Assembly (NCBI GenBank): GCA_041645495.1 | Contig: JBAZPZ010000002.1 | Location: 5,469-69,468 of the forward strand | Origin: Fidelibacterota bacterium | GTDB taxonomy: Bacteria; Fidelibacterota; UBA2242 | Direction of reading: 5' to 3' | DNA length: 64,000 bases | In this document: positions 28,249 through 39,762 of the stretch, one piece after another | Layout: each line of letters opens with the position of its first letter | Numbering within the stretch: position 1 is the first letter of the stretch | Translations under genes and position numbers: made by a program | Notes under the pieces: model-generated | Database searches by the model: none | What the model was told of the DNA's origin: nothing | The model's input: only the letters and a program-made list of their open reading frames with translations

Positions 28249-28899
28249 ATGATTCAGATCGTTCCTTCACTGCTTTCTGCCGACTTTGCAAATCTTGAAC
28301 AGCAAATTCGTCTCGTCGAATCGGCGGGCGCTAAACGTTTGCATCTCGACGTCATGGACGGCCATTTCGTCCCGAATATCACGATCGGACCGTTTATCGT
28401 TTCCGCGATCCGAAAGATCACGGCGCTTCACCTCGAGTCTCATCTGATGATCGAGAATCCCGAAAAATATATCCCGCAGTTCGTTGACGCCGGAAGCGAC
28501 ACCGTCATCATTCATGTTGAAACGACGAAAGACATTCCGGGCGAATTGGAAAGAATCCGGTCATTGGGCGCCCGAGCTGGACTTGTGATCAATCCGCCGA
28601 CGCCGTTTACTCACGTTGAACCATTCCTGTCGATGATCGATCACTTGTTGATAATGACGGTCAATCCCGGTTTCGGCGGACAGGAAATGATTCAAAACGC
28701 GTTGGAAAAGGTCAGGCTGGCAAAATCCGCCGCGCAAAAATACGGTTTTCCGATCGAGATTGACGGCGGCGTCAATTACGAAACTCTGACGATGGCGGTT
28801 TCTTCCGGCGCGGATTTGTTAGTTGCCGGCAACGCCATCTTTAGTGGATCCGATCCCGCGCGCACTTATGTCGACCTTAACAGAAAAGCCAACGAATGA
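28249..28899 (+). CDS. rpe: Ribulose-phosphate 3-epimerase
   Basis: SLLSADFANL...HLDVMDGHFVPNITIGP and the C-terminal GADLLVAGNAIF. Confidence 0.95.
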   Translation: MIQIVPSLLSADFANLEQQIRLVESAGAKRLHLDVMDGHFVPNITIGPFIVSAIRKITALHLESHLMIENPEKYIPQFVDAGSDTVIIHVETTKDIPGELERIRSLGARAGLVINPPTPFTHVEPFLSMIDHLLIMTVNPGFGGQEMIQNALEKVRLAKSAAQKYGFPIEIDGGVNYETLTMAVSSGADLLVAGNAIFSGSDPARTYVDLNRKANE

Positions 28900-29480
28900 A
28901 TAAAGTTTACGAAGGTGAATTAGCCAGAAAAGCGATACACTACATTTCTTCGCTCATTCCATTGCTCTATTATCTTTTTTTCCCAAAAGAGACAGGGCTG
29001 ATCGTCATCGGATTGATGACGCTGGGAATCCTCCTCGCCGAAGTTTTACGCATGACAATTCCATCTTGCAAACGGTTCTATGTTCAGATATTCGGTTGGA
29101 TGGTTCGGCCGCATGAGAAAGAGAATCACCTGACCGGAGCGAGTTATGTGTTTCTCGGCAGTTTGATCGTGATATACTTTTTTCCGAAGGAAATTGCGAC
29201 GATTTCTCTCCTCTTTCTAACCATAGGCGATCCGTCAGCGGCGCTTATCGGGATGGCGTTTGGGAAAATCCGCCTTCTCCATAAGAAGACGCTGGAAGGC
29301 GCGCTCGCGTTTGTTCTGTCCGGACTCTTGGTGACTTTTTGGATTCCCGGCGTGCCGTTTTGGGTAAAAGTCGTCGGCGCGGTCGCAACGTGCTTCGTGG
29401 AGTTGATGTCGTGGAAACTCGACGATAATATCACCATTCCGCTGATCGGAAGCATACTCATGGTTGCTTTAATGAGATAA
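28896..29480 (+). CDS. CTP-transferase-like (CdsA/SEC59/DGK1/VTE5 superfamily, short form) membrane protein, a putative polyprenol or diacylglycerol kinase
   Basis: Multi-TM, 194 aa. IGDPSAALIGMAFGKIRLLHKKTLEGALAF matches the CdsA-family core D..A..G..FGK.....SP.KT.EG. The start overlaps the rpe stop. Confidence 0.5.
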   Translation: MNKVYEGELARKAIHYISSLIPLLYYLFFPKETGLIVIGLMTLGILLAEVLRMTIPSCKRFYVQIFGWMVRPHEKENHLTGASYVFLGSLIVIYFFPKEIATISLLFLTIGDPSAALIGMAFGKIRLLHKKTLEGALAFVLSGLLVTFWIPGVPFWVKVVGAVATCFVELMSWKLDDNITIPLIGSILMVALMR

Positions 29481-29505
29481 ACAGTAGTGAGGCGGTTGGC
29501 TGTTC

Positions 29506-31596
29506 ATGTCCTTCGTTAATCCGTTTTTCCTCTTTTTCCTTCCGCTGGCGGCAATTCCCGTCATCATTCATCTGTTCGGCCGCCGACGGTATCAGACCGT
29601 TGAATTCAGTTCCATCCGGTTTTTAAAACAATTGGAAAGCGATGTCATTCGGCGACTCAAACTCCGTCAGATTCTGCTGCTAATTCTCCGAACTTTGCTG
29701 ATCTTATTCATTGTTCTGGCATTTGCCCGTCCGTATCGGACGAATCTTTCCGGTGGATTTACCGTTCGGCGCGGCGCAACGGTTTATCTGATCCTCGATT
29801 GTTCCGCTTCTATGGATAAAACGATTGAGGGTCGGAATCTCGTGGAAATTGTTCGACGTAATCTTCAGGCGGCGTTTTCAGAAATCGAATTTCCCGTGAC
29901 GGTTCGCCTGATCGATACCTCGGAGCCGACTGTCATTCGGGAGATCGGATTCGTTAAAAATTCCACTCAGTTGACGCGCGCGATCGCCGGTTATTCGGTT
30001 AAACCGCTCGCCGGAAAATTGGATGTCGCCCTGCGAACGGCATCGACGGATATGGAAAAACACCCCGAAGCCTCCGTCGCCGTCTGGATCGCCAGCGACT
30101 TTCAGAAGAGTTCATGGCAAACAAACGGATCGACAACCAATCCGCTTCAGCCATTTTGGGAAAAACCGGGCGTCCGTTTCCTTTTGCTTCCCGTCAATCG
30201 GGATGGATACAACATCGGGATTTCGCGGGTCGAAATTCCCGACCAGATCGTCGAAGCGGGCAAATCGGCGACGATTCGGCCGGTTCTGACGAATTGGTCG
30301 CCGGAGTCCGTGGAATCGCCGGTTTCACTTTTCATCGAAGGCGAACGGGTTGGTCAGAGCGTTGTTTCGATTCCGCGCCGCGGTTCGGCGGACATTTCGT
30401 TCGAGTGGATTTCACAAAGCGGCGGATATTTAGCAGGCTTTGCCGAAACGCCGGATGACGATCTGCCTTTGGACAACCGGCGCTATTTTGTCATGAACAT
30501 TCCGGATTCGATCCGGATTCTGATCGTCGGGCAAACATCGGCAGATGCGCGATATTTCGTCAAAGCGCTGGAGGCTAAAAGCGGCTCCTCGTTCGATGTC
30601 AGATTTACGATGGAATCGCAACTGCCGGCGGAAGATCTTCGGAAACCGGACGTTCTGCTAATGACCGACATCGCCGGAATCGGAGAATCGTTTCGGGAGA
30701 AACTCAACAGATTTATTAATGACGGCGGCGGATTGATTGTCTTTCCCGGCGAACATTGCCAGCCAGAAAATTTTAACCGCGCATGGTCGGAGCCGTTCGG
30801 TCTTCCGAAGTGGAAAAATACGCGGAAATCGTCCGGCGATTCTTATTTGAAACTCGGCTCGCTGAAATCCGGGCATCCCGTTTTCCGGGACTTGTGGCAA
30901 CAGAAAGAACGGTTGGAAAACTCGCCGCACTTCTTTGTCGTTCCGGGATTTCTGACGGACGATCATCAGACGATTCTCGCCGGATTCGAGGATGAAACGC
31001 CGTTCCTGATCGAAACGATCGGACGAACCGGGCGCATCCTGACTTTTGCGACGGCGCCGAATTTAAACTGGACCGATTTCCAGTTGACAGGCCTGTTTCC
31101 GACGCTGATCCGTCGTGCGGCGCTTTACGCGGCAGGAAAAAACGGTCAACGGACGGATTATTTCTGCGGCGACACGGTTCGGTTTGAAATGGCGGGAACG
31201 CAAAATGCCACCGACTTGGTCGTTATTACGCCGACCGGCAGGAAAATTCATCCGCGAAGAGACGAAAGTTCAAATTTTAGTTTTTCCGATTGCGCCGTGG
31301 CGGGTATCTATCGGGTCGAATCGGGAGGTCGGCGTGTTTTTTCGTTCGCGGCTAATGTTCCGGAGTCGGAATGTGCCGGAGAATTTTTTAATGAACGGGA
31401 TTTTCGCGAGATCGGCGATTTTCTGCCGTCGAGAATTGCCGTCTATGCCGCCGAGCAAGGCAGTGAATCCGCGCCGATGAATCTGAACCGTGAATATGCG
31501 GTTCTCTTCTTTGTTTTTGCCTTGATGGTTGCCGCGCTGGAAACCTTTATCGGCAGGATCAACCGTGTGAACATTTCAAAAGAGACAAATCTATGA
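29506..31596 (+). CDS. BatA-N-domain (N-terminal double-TM) membrane protein with a vWA-like region and a C-terminal TM anchor
   Basis: N-terminus MSFVNPFFLFFLPLAAIPVIIHLFGRRRYQTVEFSSIRFL is typical of the aerotolerance BatA_N / TIGR02226 double-TM domain. A C-terminal TM (AVLFFVFALMVAALE) is present. Confidence 0.65.
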   Translation: MSFVNPFFLFFLPLAAIPVIIHLFGRRRYQTVEFSSIRFLKQLESDVIRRLKLRQILLLILRTLLILFIVLAFARPYRTNLSGGFTVRRGATVYLILDCSASMDKTIEGRNLVEIVRRNLQAAFSEIEFPVTVRLIDTSEPTVIREIGFVKNSTQLTRAIAGYSVKPLAGKLDVALRTASTDMEKHPEASVAVWIASDFQKSSWQTNGSTTNPLQPFWEKPGVRFLLLPVNRDGYNIGISRVEIPDQIVEAGKSATIRPVLTNWSPESVESPVSLFIEGERVGQSVVSIPRRGSADISFEWISQSGGYLAGFAETPDDDLPLDNRRYFVMNIPDSIRILIVGQTSADARYFVKALEAKSGSSFDVRFTMESQLPAEDLRKPDVLLMTDIAGIGESFREKLNRFINDGGGLIVFPGEHCQPENFNRAWSEPFGLPKWKNTRKSSGDSYLKLGSLKSGHPVFRDLWQQKERLENSPHFFVVPGFLTDDHQTILAGFEDETPFLIETIGRTGRILTFATAPNLNWTDFQLTGLFPTLIRRAALYAAGKNGQRTDYFCGDTVRFEMAGTQNATDLVVITPTGRKIHPRRDESSNFSFSDCAVAGIYRVESGGRRVFSFAANVPESECAGEFFNERDFREIGDFLPSRIAVYAAEQGSESAPMNLNREYAVLFFVFALMVAALETFIGRINRVNISKETNL

Positions 31597-32894
31597 TGGA
31601 TAATTTTTCTGAAAAATCGAATCTGGAAATCGATCGGGCGCTTTTAGTCGGCGCCGTGACCAACAATCAGTCGCAGGAAACCGTTGCCGAACAAATGGAG
31701 GAATTGCGACTGCTGGTTCGGACGCTGAATTACGACGGCGAAATCCTGACCATTCCGCTCAAACGGATCGACCCGGCGACATTCATCGGAAGCGGAAAAG
31801 TCACCGAGATCAAAAACATGCTCGAAGAACTGAAGATCGGCGAGATCGTTTTTAATGACGACCTGTCGCCGACGCAAATGCGGAATCTTGAACGCGCCTT
31901 GGAAATGGAAATCCGCGACCGAAGCGGAATCATCCTGGAAATCTTCGCCAGCCATGCTCGGACGCGCGAAGCGAAAACGCAGGTCGAACTGGCAACGCTC
32001 GAATATCTGCTTCCGCGGTTGACGCGACGCTGGACGCATCTCGAACGGCAGATCGGTGGAATCAATGTGCGCGGCGGCGCGGGCGAGACGCAGATCGAAA
32101 CAGACAAACGCCTGATCAAAGTCCGCATCTCCCGATTGAAAAAAGACCTGCAAAGGATCGAAAACGATCGCGCGGTGCAACGAAAAAGCCGGCACGGCAA
32201 TTACAACGTCTCGCTCGTCGGCTATACGAACGCGGGAAAATCCACGCTCATGAATCTCTTCACGGGATCGGAAGTACTCGTCGAGGATAAATTGTTCGCG
32301 ACGCTGGACACGACCGTCCGGCAATGCCAGCTCGATAAATATCACCGGATTTTACTCAGCGACACGGTCGGTTTCATCCGCAAATTGCCGCATCATCTGG
32401 TCGCTTCGTTTCGAGGCACGTTGAAGGAAATAGAAGAGGCCGATCTCATCGTGAAGGTCGCCGACATCAGCCAGCCGCAATGCCTGACTCATCTTCAGAC
32501 CGTTGACGAGGTGCTGACCGACCTGAAAGTCAGCCACAAACCGTCGATCGTCGTGTTTAACAAGATCGATCGGATGGACAAAGAGATTTTTGCGGATGCG
32601 AAGCGAATCTATCCGGACGCTGTTTTTCTGTCGGCGTTGAACCATCTGAAGACCGACGACCTCCGGCGCGCCGTCATCGCGGAATTGGAAAAGATGGAAA
32701 TCCAGTTGACGGTTCAGATTCCTTTAACGGAAGTTCGCGACGTTGCTTACGTCCGGGATCATGCGTTCATCCTGTCCGAAGATTATTCCGATGAATTTGT
32801 GACGCTGGAGTTGATAATCAACCGGAAAATTTGGGAACAGATTCGCCGGAAGTTCGGAAAGGCGACCGTCCGACCAATTCTTCAAAAGGAGTGA
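31593..32894 (+). CDS. hflX: GTPase HflX
   Basis: HflX N-domain. G1 GYTNAGKST and G3 DTVGF. Confidence 0.92.
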   Translation: MMDNFSEKSNLEIDRALLVGAVTNNQSQETVAEQMEELRLLVRTLNYDGEILTIPLKRIDPATFIGSGKVTEIKNMLEELKIGEIVFNDDLSPTQMRNLERALEMEIRDRSGIILEIFASHARTREAKTQVELATLEYLLPRLTRRWTHLERQIGGINVRGGAGETQIETDKRLIKVRISRLKKDLQRIENDRAVQRKSRHGNYNVSLVGYTNAGKSTLMNLFTGSEVLVEDKLFATLDTTVRQCQLDKYHRILLSDTVGFIRKLPHHLVASFRGTLKEIEEADLIVKVADISQPQCLTHLQTVDEVLTDLKVSHKPSIVVFNKIDRMDKEIFADAKRIYPDAVFLSALNHLKTDDLRRAVIAELEKMEIQLTVQIPLTEVRDVAYVRDHAFILSEDYSDEFVTLELIINRKIWEQIRRKFGKATVRPILQKE

Positions 32895-32948
32895 ATCGGC
32901 GCTTGACTTTGAATCATTTGCTGACTACCTTTGTTACAAAGGTGAAGC

Positions 32949-33788
32949 ATGAAGATTGACCAGAAATCGATAAGAAAACCTTCCGTTGCAGGCAGGTTTT
33001 ATCCGGGAGACGCCACCTCGCTTGAAAAAGCCGTTATCCAATATTTGGACTCGGCACCGGAATCAATCATAACGCTGAAGCGTCTGTTCGGAATCATCTC
33101 GCCACATGCCGGATTTGTTGCATCGGGGCCGGTTGCCGCCGTCGGATACCGGTTTTTGCAAAAGCACCCGTTTTCAAAAGTCGTCGTAATCGCTCCGAGC
33201 CATCACGAATATTTCCGCGGAATTTCGGTTTTTTCCGGCAAAGCTTACCAAACGCCGATGGGCGAAGTTCCGGTCGATCAGAAAATCTGCGACCTGCTGA
33301 CCGGGCGTGGCGGAGTCGTTTATCGTTCGATGAAAGGGCATCAGGCCGAACACGCGATCGAGGTTCAACTTCCGTTTCTTCAAAATATCTTTCCCGAATT
33401 TTCACTCATTCCGGTCGTCATCGGTTCGGTGACCATGAACGAACTGGATGAATTTGCGTTCATCCTGGCGGAAGTCTTTGCAGAGACCGAATTCGTCGTT
33501 GTAGTAAGTTCCGATCTTTCTCATTATCATTCGTATCCGGAAGCGGTAAAAATGGACAAACACATTATTTCGCTTTTGGAAAAATATGATTTGAGCACTT
33601 TGGAATCCGGTTATGAGGACAACTCGCTGGAAGCATGCGGCCTGGCACCGATCCTGACGTTGCTTAAATATGCCAAAATTTTGGGGAAAGCCAGATGTAA
33701 GACGCTGGATTATCGGAATTCGGGCGACACGGTCGGCCTCGGCGATCAGGTGGTCGGATATTTATCGGCGGCGGTGTTTGAACTTTAA
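32949..33788 (+). CDS. MEMO1-family protein (AmmeMemoRadiSam system protein B-like)
   Basis: Memo signature FYPGD near the N-terminus, ISPHAGF, and the His/Asp metal ligands. Confidence 0.85.
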   Translation: MKIDQKSIRKPSVAGRFYPGDATSLEKAVIQYLDSAPESIITLKRLFGIISPHAGFVASGPVAAVGYRFLQKHPFSKVVVIAPSHHEYFRGISVFSGKAYQTPMGEVPVDQKICDLLTGRGGVVYRSMKGHQAEHAIEVQLPFLQNIFPEFSLIPVVIGSVTMNELDEFAFILAEVFAETEFVVVVSSDLSHYHSYPEAVKMDKHIISLLEKYDLSTLESGYEDNSLEACGLAPILTLLKYAKILGKARCKTLDYRNSGDTVGLGDQVVGYLSAAVFEL

Positions 33789-33812
33789 CCGGCTTATCAG
33801 AAAGTTGCGGAA

Positions 33813-34688
33813 GTGACACGCACTCATCAGACATTCAGTGTTTTTGGGGCGAGCCGCGTCGGGATTTCTTTTGCAAATCATCTTCAAAAAAACGGTCTGA
33901 TTCCACGGTTTTTGTGGAATCGTTCGCCGGAAAGGCTCAGGCAAGCCGAAAAATGGGTGCGGTTCGAAGCGGCCACGACGCAGATTAGCGACTTCGACGA
34001 ACCGACGGACTGGTTAATTATTTCCGTTTCGGATGACGCAATTGAATCCGTCGCGCAAAATCTCGCTGAATTGCCTGTGAATTTCACCGGATGTTCAGCG
34101 TTCCACACATCAGGATTTCTGAGTTCGGATATTTTCAGTGCGCTCAAAGAACGCGGTTGTCGGATCGGCTCGTGCCATCCGGTGCTCAGCGCGCCGGACA
34201 TCGCGACGGGAATTCAACGATTTTCGACGGGAATATTTGCATGCGAAGGAGAACTCGAGTCCGAACTGATTCGCTTGACGTCCAAAATTGGGAAAATCAG
34301 TTTATCGGTGACGCCGGAACAAAAGCGCTTGATCCATGTTTCGGCGGTTTTTTTAAATAACTACTCGGTTTCGCTGATCGCCGCAGTGAAAAATCTTTGC
34401 AGGGAAAAGGGTTTATCGGACGAATTTTCGACGCTTTTACTTAAACATTTTTCCGAGCAGGCGGTCGAAAGCGGCTGGCATCTGCCGTTATCGGATGCGC
34501 TGACCGGCCCGGCGGCTCGCGGCGACCGGAAGACGATCGAGAGACATCTGGAATTTCTTAAAAGCGACGAGGACATGAAAGAACTTTACGTGAGTTTTCT
34601 GAAGATTACACAAAATTTGTTATCGAAGGAAAAAAGTAAAAATTCCGAAGATCGCGACGATATAAAAAGAATCGATGAGGCAAAATGA
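33813..34688 (+). CDS. Rossmann-fold protein with a DUF2520-like C-terminal domain (predicted NAD(P)-dependent oxidoreductase)
   Basis: N-terminal Rossmann pattern (FSVFGASRVGISFANHL). The C-terminal TGPAARGD motif is characteristic of DUF2520. Confidence 0.6.
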   Translation: MTRTHQTFSVFGASRVGISFANHLQKNGLIPRFLWNRSPERLRQAEKWVRFEAATTQISDFDEPTDWLIISVSDDAIESVAQNLAELPVNFTGCSAFHTSGFLSSDIFSALKERGCRIGSCHPVLSAPDIATGIQRFSTGIFACEGELESELIRLTSKIGKISLSVTPEQKRLIHVSAVFLNNYSVSLIAAVKNLCREKGLSDEFSTLLLKHFSEQAVESGWHLPLSDALTGPAARGDRKTIERHLEFLKSDEDMKELYVSFLKITQNLLSKEKSKNSEDRDDIKRIDEAK

Positions 34689-35140
34689 AACGGCTGAGTT
34701 GCTGGTTGGTTGTTTTCGTTCTGTTTTTAAACGGAACCGCTCAGGAAAAGAAGGTTTTCTGGGATGGGTATGATTGGGTGTCCGTCACAAAAGTAACGCG
34801 GGAATATCCGGAATATGCCGTTTGGATCAAGAGCGCTTATCTGAGCGGCTTGCTCGACGGAAAACTTTTTTATGAAATGAAAGCGGTGGCCGTCAACTCC
34901 CGGATGGCCGATTCGATATTTACGGATTTGATCCGGTCGGCTCCGTCGCGTGAATTGATCGAAGGATTGGATGAGTTTTATCGTGATGAGACGCGGAAAT
35001 ACGTGCCGATTCCATCAGCGTTGATCGCAACGAGGATGCTTCAATTAAATTATTCAGAAAAAGAGGTTGATCACTTTATCTGCGAAAGCAAAAAATGGAT
35101 CAACGATTTGACGAAGCGTCTGATTATTCCGTCGGAATGA
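34685..35140 (+). CDS. Hypothetical secreted protein
   Basis: Signal peptide (LSCWLVVFVLFLNGTAQ). The start overlaps the upstream stop (ATGA). The 3' end overlaps the convergent gene below by 17 bp. Confidence 0.5.
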   Translation: MKRLSCWLVVFVLFLNGTAQEKKVFWDGYDWVSVTKVTREYPEYAVWIKSAYLSGLLDGKLFYEMKAVAVNSRMADSIFTDLIRSAPSRELIEGLDEFYRDETRKYVPIPSALIATRMLQLNYSEKEVDHFICESKKWINDLTKRLIIPSE

Positions 35141-35534
35141 TCTCGTTGCAGTTTGGGCAAACCATATAAACGGTCCGTTCGCCGAAAAACCGAAGATTGG
35201 TCACGCGGTAACGCGCCGTGCCGGACATATTCGGACGTTGCGTAACAACGATGCTTCTTTCACGGCTTTTCCCGGATTCCAGCGGCACGTCATGAACGCT
35301 GACGACCGACAGACTTTTCTTGTCGATAGTTTTTCCGTTATTGTCCAGGATGTCGATCACACCGCTGATCTCGCCGATCGATTTTTGGGAGATGTTTTCG
35401 ATCTCGATGGTAATCCGAAGGAGATCGTTATCGAGCTGCGCAACGACGACATCGTTGATCTGGATCGCCTGCTGGGCGAACGCAGTCGTCAAGAGAATCC
35501 CGAGAACGAATAAGAATTTCATTTTTTTCATCAT
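35124..35534 (-). CDS. Hypothetical secreted protein with a C-terminal CPNC motif
   Basis: The track ORF extends to 35615. The likely start is MMKKMKFLFVLGILLTTAFAQQ at 35534, with GTGAGG 3-4 nt upstream. It carries a signal peptide. Confidence 0.5.
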   Translation of the reverse strand: MMKKMKFLFVLGILLTTAFAQQAIQINDVVVAQLDNDLLRITIEIENISQKSIGEISGVIDILDNNGKTIDKKSLSVVSVHDVPLESGKSRERSIVVTQRPNMSGTARYRVTNLRFFGERTVYMVCPNCNEIIPTE

Positions 35535-35687
35535 GACCTCACAGTCTGGAACCAATTTAGACGATTCTTTGGATATAGTCAAGGAACGGTTGACAATTGG
35601 CTGAAAATCCGGCATGTGAAGATCATTCAGGAAGTGCGCGCCGACGTAGTTCTTGATTGATTACCGGTTGTTTAATAACTTCACGGC

Positions 35688-37217
35688 GTGCAGGAGAAGC
35701 GAAAACCAATGAAAAAAAACAGGATGCTGGAGAAGATCGCCCGTTTCTTGCATCACCGGACAAAAATCACTTTATCCGCCGCCGAAATGAGCCGGATTCA
35801 GGCGGCGCGTCAGGTCGTTCTGGAAAAAATCCGAGATGGAAAAACCGTTTATGGGATCAACACGGGATTCGGAAACCTCGCTCAGGTCAATATTCCCGCG
35901 GACGAATTGGAACAACTACAGATCAACCTGCTTCGCAGTCATGCCTGCGGCGTCGGGAATCCGATCGATCCCGAGATTGTGGCGCTGATGATGTTTCTGA
36001 AAATCAAAAGCCTTGCCGCGGGATTTTCCGGTTGCTCGCCGGACGTGGTCGAAAAATTGGCGGAACTTTTAAATAAAAATATTCTGCCGATCGTTCCGGC
36101 GCGCGGTTCAGTCGGTGCAAGCGGCGATTTGGCGCCGTTGGCGCATCTTTGTCTGCCGCTGATCGGCGAGGGCGAGGTTTTATATCAAGGACAGAAACGA
36201 AACGCAGAGGAATTGATCGTGCAAGGCGTGTATCGACCGGTTCGGTTGGGACCGAAAGACGGCCTCTCTCTGATCAACGGAACGCAGTATTCGACGGCGC
36301 TATTGACGGTTGCACTTCTGCGGGCGAGTGACATCATTCTGCTGTCCGAACTCGCGATGGCGATGAGCGTCGAGGCGACGCTGGCTACCGACGTCCCGTT
36401 TCGGCAACAAATCCATGAAATCCGCCGGCAGAATGGCGAACAGGAAGTTGCCCGCCATATCCGGAATTTTTTACAGGACAGCGAGATCGTCCGGTCGCAT
36501 AAAGATTGCATCAAAGTGCAGGATCCGTACAGTTTTCGGTGCGCGCCACAGGTGATCGGCGTAGTCCGGGACGCGCTCCAATTCGTGGAAAATATTGTGG
36601 AGAACGAACTCTCTGCTGTGACGGACAATCCGCTCGTTTTTGCCGAAACCGGCGAAGTGCTCAGCGGCGGAAATTTTCACGCGGAACCGTTGGCAATGGC
36701 GGCGGATTTTCTCTCTATTGCATTGGCGGAATTGGCGAATATCGCCGAACGGCGGATCGCCAACCTGATCGATCCGGTGATGAGCGGGCTACCGGCGTTT
36801 TTGACGCAATCGGGCGGCATCAATTCCGGTTTCATGATCGCTCATGTGACGGTTGCGGCTTTGTGCGCCGAGAACCGCACGTTATCGACTCCGGCGTCAG
36901 TGGAAACGATCCCGACGTCCGCCAATCAAGAAGACCACGTCAGCATGGCGCCCAACGCTTGCCTGAAGCTTCTCCAGATCATCGAAAATTCACGGAAAAT
37001 CGTCTGGATCGAATTACTGGCGGCGGCGCAGGGAATGGATTTTCGCAAACCGCTCACGGCCGGCATCGGCACGCGACTGGGACACGCGAAGATAAGATCG
37101 ATGGTTAAACACCTCGATGAAGACAGAATTTTTTATCGGGATCTGGAAAAAAGCGAGGCATTGTATTCCGATAGCGCCTTCATTGAATCGATTCACCGGA
37201 TTTCAATTAACAATTGA
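35688..37217 (+). CDS. Histidine/aromatic-amino-acid ammonia-lyase family enzyme (MIO cofactor), HutH-like
   Basis: MIO-forming ASG triad within GSVGASGDLAPLAHL. Full-length HAL/PAL fold. The start is possibly at 35709 or 35724. No hutU or hutI lies nearby. Confidence 0.88.
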   Translation: MQEKRKPMKKNRMLEKIARFLHHRTKITLSAAEMSRIQAARQVVLEKIRDGKTVYGINTGFGNLAQVNIPADELEQLQINLLRSHACGVGNPIDPEIVALMMFLKIKSLAAGFSGCSPDVVEKLAELLNKNILPIVPARGSVGASGDLAPLAHLCLPLIGEGEVLYQGQKRNAEELIVQGVYRPVRLGPKDGLSLINGTQYSTALLTVALLRASDIILLSELAMAMSVEATLATDVPFRQQIHEIRRQNGEQEVARHIRNFLQDSEIVRSHKDCIKVQDPYSFRCAPQVIGVVRDALQFVENIVENELSAVTDNPLVFAETGEVLSGGNFHAEPLAMAADFLSIALAELANIAERRIANLIDPVMSGLPAFLTQSGGINSGFMIAHVTVAALCAENRTLSTPASVETIPTSANQEDHVSMAPNACLKLLQIIENSRKIVWIELLAAAQGMDFRKPLTAGIGTRLGHAKIRSMVKHLDEDRIFYRDLEKSEALYSDSAFIESIHRISINN

Positions 37218-37225
37218 CTTTTTGA

Positions 37226-38716
<1,491 letters not shown>

Positions 38717-38758
38717 ATAGAAAAAGTTAGACGAATTGCCGGAATGATGAAAAAATCG

Positions 38759-39013
38759 TCAGGGCAACTTGTTGATAATATCGGCGAGTTTGGACTTTTT
38801 GTTCGCGGCGTTGTTGCGATGAAGAACGCCTTTTCCCATGATCGAATCGATGATGGACACGGTTTCGCGATACAGAGGTTCAGCTTCCGCTTTCGTAGCG
38901 GCGGCCTTTACCTTTTTAATCATGGATTTCATGATCGATTTATAATGTCTGTTGCGCAGTCTGGATTTCTCAGCCTGACGAATTCGTTTTTGTACACTTC
39001 TTTTTTTGCTCAT
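38759..39013 (-). CDS. rpsT: 30S ribosomal protein S20
   Basis: The internal start MSKKRSVQKRIRQAEKSRLRNRHYKSIMKS...LADIINKLP is S20-like. The track ORF extends to 39076 through an unlikely N-terminal extension. Confidence 0.85.
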   Translation of the reverse strand: MSKKRSVQKRIRQAEKSRLRNRHYKSIMKSMIKKVKAAATKAEAEPLYRETVSIIDSIMGKGVLHRNNAANKKSKLADIINKLP

Positions 39014-39096
39014 TGAACTCCTTTCAAATATTATCAAAAAGTGAGGAAATTTATTTATAACGATGAAGATTTTCAAATGAAAAAACGGAGAACACG

Positions 39097-39762
39097 GTGA
39101 TATTTCTCATGAAACTGCTGGCGACAGTGCTTCTGGCCGTGATTTTTCTCCTGTTTTTGATTTTTCTCACCCGGACGGTCTTTACCGTTCGTCTGGCTAT
39201 GACTCCGGAGAAAAAGAAATTTTTTACTCGGATCATGTTTTTCGGCGGGATTATCGGCGTCATGGTTGGGTTTGAAGCGGAAATGTTGGAAATCTTTTTG
39301 GTTGTAGCGAACCGCAGTGTTCGCATTCTCCGGAAATATCCATCGAAAAAGGAAAAACCGGTTACTGCTCGCCAACCGGAAAAACCGAAAGAAAAGCCGA
39401 AGAAAAAACCGCCGCTGTTTACCGTCCGGGAATGGATTTCACTCGGAAAAGAGGTCGTCCGGCGCTTTTTGAAGATACCGGAAGATATGAAAATTGCCGC
39501 CGATCTGGAAATCGGTCTGGACAATCCGGCCGCGACCGGTTATTTGATGGGTGCGTACTATTCACTCAACGAATTACTCCCGTTCGCGCAGAAAATCCGG
39601 GTCGAACCGTCCTTTATTCAGAAAAAGTTTTTAGGAACAATTGACATAACCGGTTCAATTCGGTTGATTTGCGTTGTAGGAATCGTTATTTTTATTTCCG
39701 GAAAATTGATCGTTCAAATTTTTAAGATGAGGAGAAAAAGACATGTTGGAAGGAATCGTTGA
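39097..39762 (+). CDS. Membrane protein, possibly YtfI-like (DUF2953); assignment tentative
   Basis: N-terminal TM (LLATVLLAVIFLLFLIFL) and a second TM. It contains a Lys/Pro-rich linker and a C-terminal TM. Its 3' end overlaps the ytfJ-like gene by 20 bp. Confidence 0.5.
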   Translation: MIFLMKLLATVLLAVIFLLFLIFLTRTVFTVRLAMTPEKKKFFTRIMFFGGIIGVMVGFEAEMLEIFLVVANRSVRILRKYPSKKEKPVTARQPEKPKEKPKKKPPLFTVREWISLGKEVVRRFLKIPEDMKIAADLEIGLDNPAATGYLMGAYYSLNELLPFAQKIRVEPSFIQKKFLGTIDITGSIRLICVVGIVIFISGKLIVQIFKMRRKRHVGRNR

